Part shown: positions 13,367-26,999 of the stretch, one piece after another
How positions within the stretch are numbered: position 1 is the stretch's first letter
Layout: the number at the start of each line of letters is the position of its first letter
Source of the DNA: Anthoceros angustus
Lineage: Eukaryota > Plantae > Anthocerotophyta
Assembly: GCA_010909165.1 (NCBI GenBank)
Contig: MU008219.1
Location: forward strand, 172,177-236,176
Direction of reading: 5' to 3'
DNA: 64,000 bases
The notes under the pieces: model-generated
What the model saw: the letters and a program-made list of their open reading frames with translations, nothing else
Databases searched by the model: none
Told to the model about the DNA's origin: nothing
Position numbers and translations under genes: made by a program

Positions 13367-15690
13367 GTTTGCCACCGCCCTGTGGTGGTCGGACCACTGG
13401 GTCCTGCCGGATTTCTTCCTGAAGCATCTCCGTCACTTCTCGGACCACATCCGGTGGGAACTGCGGTGTTGCCTTGGGTGAGTCCGCTTCTCCTGACATT
13501 TCCGGGGTTTTGGCTGCTTCTTCTGGCAGAGCTGCCCGATTTAACTCGTCCTCCTTGGCTGGGACGGCCTCCTTCGCAGGTGTCCCGTCCTCCGTATCCG
13601 TTGGGCTATCCCCATTTTTCTTCCTCTTAAACTGTCTCCTTTCGCTCCTTTCGGCCTGTTGACACTTCCAAGACTCCAGTCCGCCTTCTCCTCCTTAGCC
13701 GAACTTGCTTGCACCACTGCCCAAGTTCCTTCCCACTCCGCCAACCGGCGCCTTCAATCAGCACGGGCGCCTTAGGGAGGAGGCGAGGCGGTCGCGGCTC
13801 GCTGGGCGAGCGCACCGTCCCGAGCGAGGTTCGGACACAAGGTACCGCCCGCCATGTGCCCCCCGCCACAACTTCCACACAGCGCTCAAAGTCCCGTTGC
13901 CTTGCCGAGTGGGGTATGGACACGCTGGAGTAGTGCCCGGGTTCCATGGCCAGCAGCACCACCGCCCGAGAATTCGGGGGCTCCCATGCGTCAGACGGAG
14001 GTCGATGCAGACGGACCAATGTGGGTACATCGTCCCGGGATACCCCCGTGGTGCTTCTTGCACTTGGTATGCATCCTCCCACCTCGACTCTTCCCGTAGT
14101 CATACTCCACAGTTCACGGGTCCGAGGCGCTGGAATGCCCATGTTGGTGACACACCGCACACCATGATGAGTCCGGACCGTGGTGGCCGCCTTACGCCGT
14201 TCTTTATCCTTCACGGTTGATCGTCAACTCCTCCACCCTCTTCATTACCCGTTCTAGATCTTCCCCTCACCCCGCTTCCTTCAAAGGAGCTGGGTCGGTG
14301 GACCTCTCGCACTGCAAGTGCATCATGACCTCCTTCTTTTCCACCCTCACGACTACGGGCTTCTTCTTCTTATTTTTGGCGGGGTTCTTCTTCTTCCATG
14401 ACATCCTCGGATTCTTCTTGAGTCCTCTTCCTCTTCCTCCGATGCTACCCTGCCTCATCATCCTCTTCCGAGGGTTCTTCATCTTGATCCGACCCCGTTT
14501 CTTCTTCTTCTTCTTCTTCCTCCCGAGGCGCCCTCGCCGCTGGTGCATCGATTCTTCATAGTTCTCCGCCGCCCGGACCGCCTTGCTCACATCCTTCTCT
14601 GCCAACAGCAGCACGTGCTTAGCCATTGGCTTGGATAAGCCAGCTGCGAACCAACGTACCGCCTGCATGGTAGTGTGAGTGGGGTGCCGGTCCCGCAGCG
14701 CGTAGAACCGTTCGATGTACGATCCCAACTTCTCCGTCTTGCCTCGCTTCAGGTTCTCGAGTTTGGACAAGACGTAGCCTTCTTGATCGATTCCACGGAA
14801 TCTTTCTAAGAAGGCATCCTTCAATGCTTCGAAGGTTGCGGGGTGCGCTCGGTATTTCTCCGACCACCAACACCGCTCGCAGACCCTTGGAACCGAATGA
14901 GCCGCGATCCGAACCTTCTCCGTTGAAGTTTGCCCGCGACACGAAATCCTCCACGAAGGTTTCAGCGTCTCTCTCCTTCTTACCTCCAAAGAGGGAATAC
15001 GCTTGCTTGGTCGACGTTGTTGCCATTGCCGCGATCGGCAAGGGTTGAGGAACCGCCCCCCTTACCACCGCCTGACTTGGTGCTGCTTCCTCCTCTCGAT
15101 CCGACAACTCCACCACGCCACCGTTGGTGTGACTCGCCGAGCTCGTCGTCTCTCACGTGCTGCGCTCGGGCGCTCGGGCGATCTGGCGTCCGACTCTCGA
15201 ATTGCCCTTAACTACCTCACGCCCTCCACGCATCCACGCTTGCTGAGCGATTTCATTCCCAACAGCGCCAAAATGTGGCGCGACGGCCGACGGCCACCGC
15301 ACAATCCGTGTCGTTGTAGGAAGGAGTCCGCTCAAGGGAATGACAGTCTGCTTGCGCTTCAGCGATTCTCGTCTTACTTTGCGTCTGCTCGCCCAACGCA
15401 CACTATGCCTCACGTTTAACTACTCGCGCTCACCGCAGCCCGTGTGGCTAAACGCTTAAGGACCCGTTCGCGTCCGTATCGTTCCGTTCGTTCTCACACC
15501 TCGTCCGTTCCTCTCTCCTCACACTACACTTATCGGTCTTAGGAAAGACGCTGGTTACATGCCCGACCTCCTCCGCTGCTCCACTGGCCTCCGTCCGGCT
15601 CAGACGCCTCCGAGTCCCTCCCACGTCCGCTCGGCCCGGGCTGCTCGACGAGCACGGGTCCCAGTCACCCTTCCCCGCACACACCACAAC
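13080..15690 (-). mobile_element. Ty3/Gypsy-type LTR retrotransposon remnant (5' LTR, PBS, gag with zinc knuckles, truncated before protease)
   Basis: Retrotrans_gag-like FEALKDAFLERFRG...KLENLKRGKTEKLGSYIERF...VRWFAAGL at 14267-15116 (one frameshift). Frameshifted CCHC-like knuckles ~13830-14160. Post-gag VADLMMDQQHLVSLRQLLKDNP. Putative LTR edge (TGT at 15274) followed on the minus strand by TGGCGCTGTTGGGA (PBS-like, 15270-15257). Confidence 0.75.
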
Positions 15691-15696
15691 ACGTTA

Positions 15697-18600
15697 GGTC
15701 CGTCACGGGACCACGATCAATCTCTCCGAGTCGCCGTGCTCGCCTGACTCAGACTCACGTTAGCAAGAAGACACACAAGGTCTCGAAGATCAACACCAAG
15801 AGAAGATGATTTATTCAGGCAGCCTCAGCCTCTTATACTACGCCCAAGTCGGCGTCTTTATTACACCTCTATTCTCGAAATATGGCCACCAAGATACCCT
15901 AATCGGCCGCCTACCATCCTATTCCCTCCCCTATCTCCTTCACGGGGGCTGGAAGGTCCGGGTTCCGCCTTGGGATTGGTGGTCCAATCTCCGCCCGGCT
16001 GGGCGCAAGACCTAATCGGATGATCCGGTGGACCCCTCCTCTCTCCGGAATCACAGCCGGGTTGGGCTGCGGCGGTCGGCGCGCCGTTACCACACGTCAT
16101 CCTCCCAGCCTCCCGTGGGTCCCCTCGGTGGGGCCACCGGCCTCCCCAGCGTAAGTCGAAGGGGCTCCTCCTGCCAAGTCCGGACCTCGAGGTCCGTCAC
16201 GGGACCACGATCAATCTCTCGGGGCATCTGCGCTCGGTGACTCGGGACTCACGTTAGCAAGACACACAAAGGTGCAGAGCAGCGGCATCAACACCAAGAA
16301 AGATGATTTATTCAGGCGGCTGACCCTCTTATACTACGCCCGGTCGTCTTTATTACACCCTATTACGGTGATGGCGGCTCGGTATACTAATCGGCCGCCT
16401 ACCATCCTATTCCCTCCCCTATCTCCTTCGGCGGTGGGGGAAGGTCCGGGTTCCGCCTTGGGATTGGTGGTCCAATCTCCCGTCACGGCAGTTGCGGCGC
16501 ACCCAATCGGATGATCCGGCGGGACCCCTCCTCTCTCCGGAATCGGGTTGGGCTCGTGGCGGTCGGCGGCCGTTACCACAACGTCATCCTCCACAGCCTC
16601 CCGTGGGTCCCCTCGGTGGGGCCCCATATCTGCTCCCCTAGCGTAAGTCGAAGGGGCTCCTCCTTCTTGCCGAGTCGGACCTCGAGGTCGGTCTCGACTC
16701 CGGTCTGAACTCCAGTCAGGCTTATTTCGAGTCCGGCCTACTGGGTCCGCCTCGGGTTCGGACCTCGGGGTCAAACTTATTCAGTCCGGTCCCAAGCTCC
16801 GGACCCCTTATCCTGGACCTCGTCTTGCTAGGTCCTCCTCCCTACCCCCGACCCTTGTCTTGGCCGGTTCCTCCTTCCTTTCGTGGCGCCACCTCCTTCT
16901 CCCGAGCGGTGAACTTACCACAGGGTCCGTTGCGTCTCGCTCCTCTTGAGGCTCTTCTCCTCACGCTGCTCCAAACAGGCCCCTAGAGTCCCCTGCGTCC
17001 CCATGCCCTTCTTCCCCTCACAGGCCTTCCGTCCGTCTAGTGGTGAGAGGCCTCTGCCGGGGCTCGGCGTGGTAATAGGCAAAGTCCGAATCCACTTGTT
17101 GGATTGCCTCTTCCACGTGTGCCCGAGCACCCGATACTCCCTTCGCCATAGGTGCTCCGGAGCCGAGCGCCGCCCGCTTGTTGGACCACCTCCGAGTTTG
17201 ATAGGCGGGTAGCTGCTTGCAGCTGCCTCGGTCACCTCCATCGTCATTGTTGCTCCACCGCCCAACTCCTCGCCTCCTTGGCCACCTTCACAGCCTCTCG
17301 GCCTCCGGCGTTTCCCTTCCTCACCGACCAGCATTTTGTCTCTCGGTTTTGCCTCCATTCATTCGGCCGCAACTCCGCCATCTCCCTCTCCAGACGGTCG
17401 GGCAACTCGCTGATCGCGGCTTCGCCTGTGCCCTTCTCCATCTCGGCGTCCACCTCCTGTTCCATCGCCGTCACGGCTCCGTCAGCAGGCGGGCGCTCTA
17501 TTTCCGTTCGCGTTCGCGACCATCCTACTACCATTCCTCTCAATGGTAGTTTGAAGTCAGCCCAAGTCTCCTTGCGGTCTTCCATCTCCGCCGCCTCTGC
17601 TCCACCTCACGAGCCGAGTCCGAGATCCTCCATCTCCTTGTCGCGAACTTCCAGGCTGGTGGTCGCGCTTGCTCCGCCTCTGCTCCATCTTGAGGCGGTG
17701 GCGCTCTATCTCCTCGAAGTCTTGGATTCTCTCGTTGAGAACCCCTTGCTGCTCGCCAGCGTCTTGGGTTGTAACTCCAAGGTGTCCTTGCTGCTCCGCC
17801 GCCTCGGGTGGCTTCTACCTCCCACTGCGCCGAGGTCCCCGATTTCCGGGTCTTGGCCTCGGCGCCGCTCAAGCTCTCCCTCCTTGGCCACCTTCACAGC
17901 CTCTCGGCTTGGCTCTGGTCTGGTCGCGCCTCCCTCCACCGGCCCGATCACGCCGATAGTGATCTCGCCGCTGTGGCTTCCGCCTCCTTGGCCACCTTCA
18001 CAGCCTCTCGGCTTGGCTCTGGTCTGGTCGGGCCGCCAGTCCCGAGCCCTCCGCTTGCGGGCCTCTTCCGCCTCCTGCTCCTGTTCCATCGCCTCGGACC
18101 TCAAGGTCCATCGCCTCGGGTGGCTTCTACCTCCTGCTCCACCTCCGGTGAAGGAATTTAGTCCGGTCCTTGCGGATGGACGGACTTCCCTCTCGGCCTC
18201 CGGCGTTTCCCTTCCTCAATCAGGGGCTTGGCCTTCCTTCGCCTCCGGCCTCCAACCGCCTCCCGGAGGAGTACCATGCGCCTCGGGTGGCTTCTACCTC
18301 CAGGTCTTCTCGGCCATCCCGCAGAGACCCCAAAGCATCTGTCCATGGCGGTAGCAGGACCCGCCGTGTTTCTTCCACGGCCACCGTGAGGCTCCCACAA
18401 AGTCCGTAGGGGAGCCGCATTTCACGGTCCGCCAGGACCTCCATACCCCGAGTAAGTCGGTGGGTTCTCGGACCTAATCGGGACCCTTAGGTCCCCGATG
18501 AGCCCGAGCTTCACCCTCCTTGGCCCTTTTGGCGCGAGCTCCTTCTCGCCCTTTTTCTCACAGGGCTCGGAGGAGGTGAGGGGTCCGGAGCAAGCCCTTT

Positions 18601-19760
18601 TGCCCCTTCGAGACAGACTGCTCGGTGCGCCGCTGCTGTCCTCGCCTCGGCGTCCCCTTTACGCCCTCCTTACCGCTTCCTCCGCTTCTTGCCACTCAGG
18701 TGGCGGGGTAAGAATCTTGGCACCGTCGAGGTCTGCGTTGGTGGTCTTGCGTCTCTTGGTTCCCTCTCGGCCTCCGGCGGGGCCTCCGGTGGTGGCGGGG
18801 CTATTGGGCGGTTGTAGGCCGCCTCCCGCCTGACCGGCCTACTGGGCACTGTGGAGGAGGGAAGCGGTCTTCCCATACTTCCACAGGTGGTGAGGGGTCC
18901 GTTCAGCGTATGGAGTCAGAATTCCCTCGATCGTCCTCCTCCGGGTCGTTTGGCCTTGATCGGCCTCCACCTCGGCGCCCTTGCGCTCCACTTCCGGCGG
19001 GGCCTCGGTCCTTTCGGCGCCGCTCAAGCTCTCCCTCCTTGAGGAGCTCGAAATGTCCCCATACATGGATCGGGTATGGGGCGGCCAGATGGCGAGGCTT
19101 CGCCCGAGCTATGGCCTCGACTAAACCGGCGAAGATAATCCTTCCCGATCGCCCTCTTCCCCAGCTCGGCGCATGCGAGAATACCAGATTATCACCAAGG
19201 TGATCCACCTTGGTGGCGAGTTCAATGGACAATGATCCGGGCTACCGCCCTTACTCGACTGTCCAGCAGGTCGGATATCAACCATCCGTTGGTGGTCCTC
19301 TGCGTCCCAGGCCTCAGCATCGCCGCTGTTGCCGGCCCTATCTTCCCCTTCGCCTTGAGGGGCTCCGGCACCACTCCCCCTTCTTCCTCCTTTGGGCGGT
19401 TGTAGGCCCCTCAGGACCTCCAAGGTCCATCGCCTCGGGTCCTCCCGGAGGTTCTTGGACCGCACCTCCTTGTTGACCGCCAACATCTTCGGGCGAACTC
19501 CGACTGAGTGACGAACGTCTGCCGCCTGAACGATCCAGTGCCACTCCTCCACTAATTCTCCCGCCTCCAGTGGCCCAAAGTCCGGATAGCGCGGGTCACA
19601 ATGTTGCGCTCCACGAGGTTCCATGGCTCCCAAACTTCCGAGCTTTTGGGTGCCACGCCTCCCCTTTGTCGTAGCCGCCGACCGGAGTTCAGCACGATCG
19701 CCCTCCTCGCGTTCGCTCTCCAACCCAGCGGTGAACCTCGAGAAGGTCTGGGCGCTCAAG
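15697..19760 (-). mobile_element. Second degenerate gag-like retroelement with a putative 3' LTR (~15697-16891, internally duplicated) and PPT (16892-16903)
   Basis: Frameshifted gag-like segments (GELVEEWHWIVQAADVRH, RIIFAGLVEAI, TCGSMG knuckle-like). Minus-strand GGGAGAAGGAGG directly precedes TG at 16891. ~495 bp tandem repeat at 15697-16190/16191-16685. No RT seen. Confidence 0.5.
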
Positions 19761-20289
19761 AGATAGCGCCCGAGCCGGGTTGCGGGCGCGAGGCTGCGAG
19801 GTGTCTGGCGGCGAATGACCTTGACGCGCCTTGGGAATGCTGGCGGGCGCCTCTTCCCGTAGCGCGGTGCATGGCTTATGCGACCTTCGCCTCGCTTACG
19901 GCCTTACGCCCGCGCGTACTCGGCCTTCGCGCGCGCGCGTCCAGGCGTGAATACCGCTATAACCGGTAAGGCCCCTGCCACCGTGATGCCCGACCTCCAC
20001 TCGGGGCCATCCACGTGGCGCCGCCTAGTCCGTCCTCACGGCTCAACTTCTAAGTTACTTTCCCTGGCGTACTTATCACCTTGGACTGGGTGGGTCCGGA
20101 CTTATCCGTTACCCGGCGTGTCCGTGCACCGCCATAGTAGGTCCGGGCACGTTGCCACTCGGTCAGGGTATACTCCGAGTGCTATCCGTGCTTATTCCTC
20201 CCTTTTCCGCCTTATTTTATCCTCCGCTTCTACGAAAAAAACAAAACCCTAGTTATTTCTTAACCCCCAAGGGAAGTCCGTAGTCCACA

Positions 20290-20820
20290 TCCCTCACCAA
20301 TCCTCCAACTCGGACCCTCCAATGGTCCATATTTGGCCATTGGGCGGTCGAAATTTCCGCTGCGGCCTTGGGCGCCATGCTCCTGCAAAAAGCTCACTGC
20401 CCACGGTGCCTCAAATTGCTAATAGCTCGCCTCAGAATCTCCAACTTGGTGGGCCCCCGGTTTCTTCCTTCCAGACTGCATGAGCTTCCGCCACTGTGGC
20501 TCGCCTTCACACTGCCGAGCTCGTGCCTGTCAGGATTGTATGGAGCTACCCATGCCGCGGTGCCTTTAGTTTTCTTAGGGTTATATCCCCCTGAAATTCT
20601 ACGACCGCCGGCCGGCTTCCGCTACCACTTCTCCCTTCCACGACCGCTCCTTCCTTCAGCGACCGCCCTTCGATTCGCCCTACAGTCTAACATAGCCCCA
20701 CTGATCTGCCAACCACACACCCAGTTCAACTACTGCCCAAGAAGTTCGACCACTAGCCTATGGACTTGGCAACCTCTGCTAAATATGGGGACCCCCCTCC
20801 CACATATATAGGCTTCCTAT
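20290..20820 (+). repeat. ~530 bp repeat, inverted copy of 40945-41480 (probably LINE-like 3' region)
   Basis: The reverse complement of 40945-41480 aligns co-linearly; both translate as (L)GAMLLQK.HCPR.LKLLIARLRISNLV...PPE.LRPP.GFRYH. A partial third copy lies at ~22700-22810. Confidence 0.8.
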
Positions 20821-20835
20821 TAGAACAGCATAATA

Positions 20836-20869
20836 TTTGAAGCGGCTGAATATACAAAGCCGCTTCAAA
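20836..20869. other. Perfect 12-bp hairpin TTTGAAGCGGCT-N10-AGCCGCTTCAAA
   Basis: Seen directly; the GAAGCGG/CCGCTTC stem is retained in the homologous inverted segment at ~48217-48244. Confidence 0.85.
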
Positions 20870-23399
20870 AAAACCAATCACGGAAAACATGGTGAGCCAA
20901 TTCCATGATTTCGACGCTTTAATTTTTCTTGGTGATGGTTCATTCCCTCCCTTCCCTACGACATCAGCTACTTTTCACGTCGAGTGCACACGGTTATGGT
21001 CGTAGTGTGCCCGAAAGGCCCCCAATGGTCTTCCTAATATTCATCATTGCTTGTCGGTGATTTCACACCTACTTGGAAAGCAATACATAGCACTAAAAAG
21101 CAATAAAAGATTAAAGGGAATGTTTGCGGGCGCCGGCATGCCGACGCCCTGGAAAAGGTTTCTAAGTCGGCAAAAGCCGGATCGCCAAGGCCGTGGATCA
21201 TGAAGGCCGGGGCTTCTGCTAGGTATTCACGTGTTCAACCGTGAGTAGATGCAGCTGTCTTGTCAAGGTTCAAAGCACACCACAGACACAAAACAATCTG
21301 GCTGCCTGGATCAAGCTCCAACACACACACATAAAAAATATTCAGAGCCTGTAGACAGCCTATCTGGGCCAACCATCTAACACGCACCACCTAGTAGGTG
21401 GTGTCCTTAGGGCTAGTGACACACTCCACTTTCCGGGGACGGGCCAAATATGTCATCAAAATTTGCACTTAAGAAAACTCGGAACGTTGATTTTGAGGGT
21501 TTGTGGGAAACGGCTGCTAAAAATACAACGCACCGTACACCCAAACCCATTCCACTTCATCAAAACTTGAAATTTATTGGCAATATTTCCACACCTCGAT
21601 GTCTCATGGTTAAACAAAAGAGGCATTCGGGAGAAAAAGTAGAGATCCTTATAAATTTATGGCGTGCAGACTAGAACATTTATTTAGGCTTTATTTCAAT
21701 CGGTGTCACTTTTGGGATACATTACGACCAAAGCTACCTTTACAAACCGGCATATGGAAAAGTGTACCGTCATGTTACACAATTGGATGAATGCATCACT
21801 AGCGGGCTCACTGTTTGTGGGCCTTAGGGTTATTCATGTAAAATACATGGAATAATATTATTCAAATATACATCCCCAAGGTACAAAGTATATCTTGATG
21901 AATACATTTCTCGCTAATAAAGTATTGGAAAACCGCTATGGTGTAGTTCACATGTAACCGCCTCTAGTCCATGCCATGTGACATTGACCGTTGGCTCATA
22001 GCCATGCTCCGTGTGACAAAACATTCCGAATCGAGCATTCCCCAAACTCAAACCCCGTTTCTTCACACTTGGCGGACCATGGCTTGCACATCGACGCTAA
22101 AACTTGACATACACAAAATCATGTGATTGCGTCCCCAACTCGACCCGGTGAAGCCACGAAAGCTACGCATCCAACCCCTCTCCCTCCCTTTCTCTTCCCC
22201 CTCCGCTTCTAGTCTAGATCGCTTGCAAAAACCTAGGTAACCCACTTCACGCTCCTATCTCCAATGCTCCTCCGGTTTGCCAAGGGTGTCCCCATCACTG
22301 TCTGCCACAATGAACAGCCCGTTAGTGCATGCGACAACCATGCTCAACTCTCAAGCGAAAAGGTAGAGGTAAGTGCTTCCAGCCTCCTCCTTCACTTCCA
22401 CCCGCTCCCGCTCCCGGCGGCGGCCTCCTCTGCGGCAACCTTCATTCGCGTGGCTTGCATGGACTCACGGCAGCAGGTCACGGAAGCTCTAAACAATTCT
22501 TTGGGGGGACGGGTCCTCGAGCTCTTCCTTCACCCCTCCTTCCTCTGCGGCCTGTCAGTTCTGCACCCTTCGTTTCGCCTCCGTGAACCCCTCCTTCGCT
22601 ATCCTATAGTCCTCTTCCTTGGCTTTTCCTACCTCCTGCGCATCGGAAAATCTACGATGCCACCACCTCTGCATCTCGGGGCCTTAGCCCCCTGGAACAA
22701 CCACACACGGTTCAACTACCGCCCCGGCGAAGCCGACCACTAGCCTATGGACTTGGCAACCTCTCGCTAAATATGGGGACCCCTCCACATATATAGGCTT
22801 CCTATTAGAACAAGATAATATTTGAAGCGGTACCGAATATACAAGTGCAACCTGTGAAAAACCACGCTGGAAAACATGGTGGGCACCGAATTCCATGATT
22901 TCGACGCTTTAATTTTCTTGGTGATGGTTCATTCCTCCTTCACTTCCACCCGCTCCCGCTCCCGGCGACGGCCTCCTCTGCGGCAACCTTCATTCGCGTG
23001 GCTTGCATGGACTCACGGCAGCAGGTCACGGAAGCTCTAAACAATTCTTTGGGGGGACGGGTCCTCGAGCTCTTCCTTCACCCCTCCTTCCCTACGACAT
23101 CGCCTACTTTTCACGCCGAGTGCACACGGTTATGGTCGAGTGTGCCCGAAAGGCCCCAATGGTCTTCCGGTGATATTCATCGGAGCTTGTCGATTTCACA
23201 CCTACTTGGAAAGCAATACATAGCACTAAAAGCAATAAAAGATTAAAGGAATGTTTATGGCGCCGCATGCCGGCATGCAGAAAGGTTTCTAAGTCGGCAA
23301 AAGCCGGATCGCCAAGGCAATTGAAGGCCGGATCGCTACAGTTAGGTATTCACGTGTTCAACCGTGAGTAGATGCAGCCTGTCTTGTCAAGGTTCAAAG

Positions 23400-25370
23400 C
23401 ACACCACGGACATCCTGTGGTGACCATCCTCGGGAACACTTCGCCACTGCTGGTCGAACATAGATGACTGCATGATCACCATTGAAACCTCGCTACTCTC
23501 TCAATCGACAAACCACGTAACATTGTTAGAAAATTAGAGCACCACATTGCGGGATCGGTTTCGACATAGTCGCCGTTACATGCTCCGGACATTATCACAC
23601 CGTCAACTTCCTACAAGCAGATGATGCCGATGGCGTTAAACCTTTCGAAAAGCGAAAACAATCCACGCATTCAAGCGAGGGGACATAACGTCTGGTACAA
23701 GGGCGGAAAGTTGACAATATTAGGTTGCCTCGTCCGGCTCCTCTCCAGTCCGACCATCCGGTGGTCCACCACCACGTCTGGACTCATCCGTTGATTCCAC
23801 ATTGTCGAGGTCTTAAGTCAATCATGTCTTGGGCATGACATTCGTGTCGGTGGCGGAAGTCTCGCCGGTTCGGCGCAACTCAAAGACTTTGGTCTTTATC
23901 GCTTCATTGTCGTCCTCGCAACGTCTTGTTCCTTGTCGGTGAAATCATAGGCCAGCACATTTGTCTCGAAGTTGAGGCTTTGCAAATGCTTCTCACGCCT
24001 CTGCCTCCATTCTTTGATCGCCGCACTTTTTCCCTCGACGGTGGGCGCTTCCGTATCACAAACTCCTCCATGTACCTTCCCTCGAATGCATCACTAGCGG
24101 CTCACTTTGTGGGCCTTAGGGTTATTCATGTAAAATACATGGAATAATATTATTCAAATATACATCCCCAAGGTACAAAGTATATCTTGATGAATACATT
24201 TCTCGCTAATAAAGTATTGGAAAACCGCTATGGTGTAGTTCACATGTAACCGCCTCTAGTCCATGCCATGTGACATTGACCGTTGGCTCATAGCCATGCT
24301 CCGTGTGACAAACATTCCGAATCAGCATTCCCCAAACTCAAACCCCGTTTCCGCTTCACACTTGCGGCGGACCATGGCTTGCACATCGACGCTAAAACTT
24401 GACATACACAAAATCATGTGATTGCGTCCCCAATCTCCTTCACACAACCTCGACTGAGCCTGCCCTTGCCCTCCCTCCGCACTTGATGTGCCCTGTGTAC
24501 ACCTCCGACCATGTCCAAAAATCCGTCGGCCATTGCGGGATCAACCAAAGTTGAGTGGAGGGTCTGGTGGTACCTCGTTTTCTTCATCGCGAGTGTACCA
24601 AGACCATTCTCTCCAACGGAATGGAATGCCACCTAGTCTCTCGGCTGCTACTGTTCATCCCCGACGTATCCCACCATGCTAGTTGCTCCACATTCATATG
24701 TCGCTGGTGCGTTCCCGCTTTTACTTCATGGACTCCACTACTACTACCACTACCGCCGCCAGGGCATCGGGGCATCCTTCCGCTTTGCTTGTCCCTTTCC
24801 TTTACCTTGGGCATGTGATGGGACCAACGGCAACAATGGAGCCACAATCACCCGTGGTGGCACCCCTGACGTAATAGCACACCACCCTCCGGTGATGATC
24901 GAACTTGAAAACTCCTTGCATCTTAGCACATCACGTCCTCTCGATAGCTTCTCCCTTGTTATTTTGAACTGGTGTTGAAAAGCGTGATTATGCAAGTCAT
25001 ACGTTGCGACGATCCCCTTCCCATAGATAGGTCTTGAAGTCCGCACCTCCTTGATGTGAATCTGCGGTGATGGGGTGTACGCCCGCTCCGGAACCCTATC
25101 ATTTCGGCAGTGAAAGCATCCTTCAACCCTAGCACAACCGAGAACCTCGAAAAACATTTGGTCAATCGATCGTGGGTATGGCCAACAAGAAGAAACCCCA
25201 CCTTGATTTTTTTGAAGATACCTTTCGCCACAAGCATGGATGATATGCCAATACCTCCGATTCTTGTTTTGAGCAGTGTTGTCCATCCGCAAGTATAGGG
25301 GAGCGGCCTCCGGTATTGATAACATCTGAATCACTCTGATTCCATTCGGATCATTTCTCACATTCGAAAC
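23400..25370 (-). mobile_element. Partial duplicate of the Sola-type transposase C-terminal half
   Basis: LYLRMDNTAQNKNR and GIFKKIKVGFLLVGHTH...FSRFS at ~25130-25300; co-linear with parts of 26590-28380. Confidence 0.75.
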
Positions 25371-26999
25371 TCAAACCCCGTTTCCGCTTCACACTTGCGG
25401 CGGACCATGGCTTGCACATCGACGCTAAAACTTGACATACACAAAATCATGTGATTGCCGTCCCAACTCGACCCGGTGAAGCCACGAGAAAGCTACGAAG
25501 CATCCAACCCCTCTCCCTCCCTTTCTCTTCCCCTCCGCCCCTTCTAGTCTAGATCGCTTGCAAAAAACCTAGGTAACCCACTTCACGCTCCTATCTCCAA
25601 TGCTCCTCCGGTTTGCCAAGGGTGTCCCCATCACTGTCTCGCCACAATGAACAGCCCGTTAGTGCATGCGACAACCATGCTCAACTCTCAAGCGAAAAGG
25701 TAGCGGAGGTAAGTGCTTACCGCCTCCTCCTTCACTTCCACCCGCTCCCGCTCCCGGTCACGGCGGCCTCCTCTGCAACCTTCATTCGCGTGGCATTGCA
25801 TGGACTCACGGCATGCAAGGTCACGGAAGCTCTAAACAATTCTTTGGGACCGGACAGTCCTCGAGCTCTTCCTTCACCCTCCTTCCTCTGCGGATGCTGG
25901 AGTTGCTGCACCCTTCGTTTCGCCTCCGTGAACCCCTCCTTCGCTATCCTATAGTCCTCTTCCACCCCTTGGCTTTTCCTACCTCACCCAGCATCTGGAA
26001 AATCTACGATGCCACCGCCACCCTGCATGGAAGGAGATGGCCACGCCATACGTCTTTCCACCTTACTGGGAGACCCAAATGGCCTCCACACAAGTCTGGA
26101 TGGGCAACTTCCATCCTTCTCCGCCTCGCTTTGCCTCCACATCCTCCCTTGTGATACGAGGTGGTGACTCGTAGCCACCTCTGCGAGTCCTCATCCGGAA
26201 GGGCTGCAAGCAGTGAGTTAGTTCAAGGAAGGTTGGATGGATGGGACGTAAGGAGAAGGCGGAACAAGCGAGGCAAAACCCGGACAATCGAGGTGGAAGG
26301 AGGGTGGAGGAGCATGGCGTGAGGACGGCTCTCTGCCAGAGGAGGGGATGAGCGCGGCGTGCACAAACCACAAAGGAGGTGGAAGACAACCTCTGCTGGC
26401 GGTGGAAGCAGGCTGGAGGAAGACGCCGTTTTTTGAGCCCCGTCTTCAGGTACTCACCGTTTCGCTGGTGCGTCCGTTACAGGCCACCCTTTGAGGCTGG
26501 ACCCCGTCCGTTCCACCCCCATAGTCATTAGGGGCGGTCCCCGGAACTAGAACCGAAAAACAAACATTGCCGCACTTGCTGGCATACATACCTTTGCCAC
26601 GGACATCCTGGGTGACCATCCTCCGGGAACACTTCGCCACACCGCAAGGTCGAACATAGATGACTGCATGATCACCATTGAAACCTCGCGGCTGCGCTCT
26701 CAATCGGACAAACCACGAACATTGTTAGAAAATTAGAGCACCACATTGCTGGGATCGGTTTCGACATAGTCGCCGTTACATGCTCCGGACATTATCACAC
26801 CGTCAACTTCCTACAACAGAGATGATGCGGTGGCGTTAAACCTTTCCACGAAAAGACGAAAACAATCCACGCATTCAAGCCCCGCCTTCATTCGCAAGAA
26901 AAGGGTGTGAGGCCATGGGGTTGCGCCAAAGTTCGGTGCGGACATCCGGTGGTCCACCACCACGTCGTGGACTCATCCGTTGATTCCACATTGTCGAGG

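Noticed and set aside
17152-18354. 400-aa plus-strand ORF
   Set aside because: Ser/Pro/Leu-rich antisense shadow of the gag-like element with internal repeats.
20820-20869. Hairpin followed by CTAA|T on the minus strand as a Helitron 3' end
   Set aside because: The CTAAT appears to belong to the neighbouring repeat (homologous to TTAATA at ~40942), and the 48240 copy lacks CTRR; no Rep/helicase was seen.
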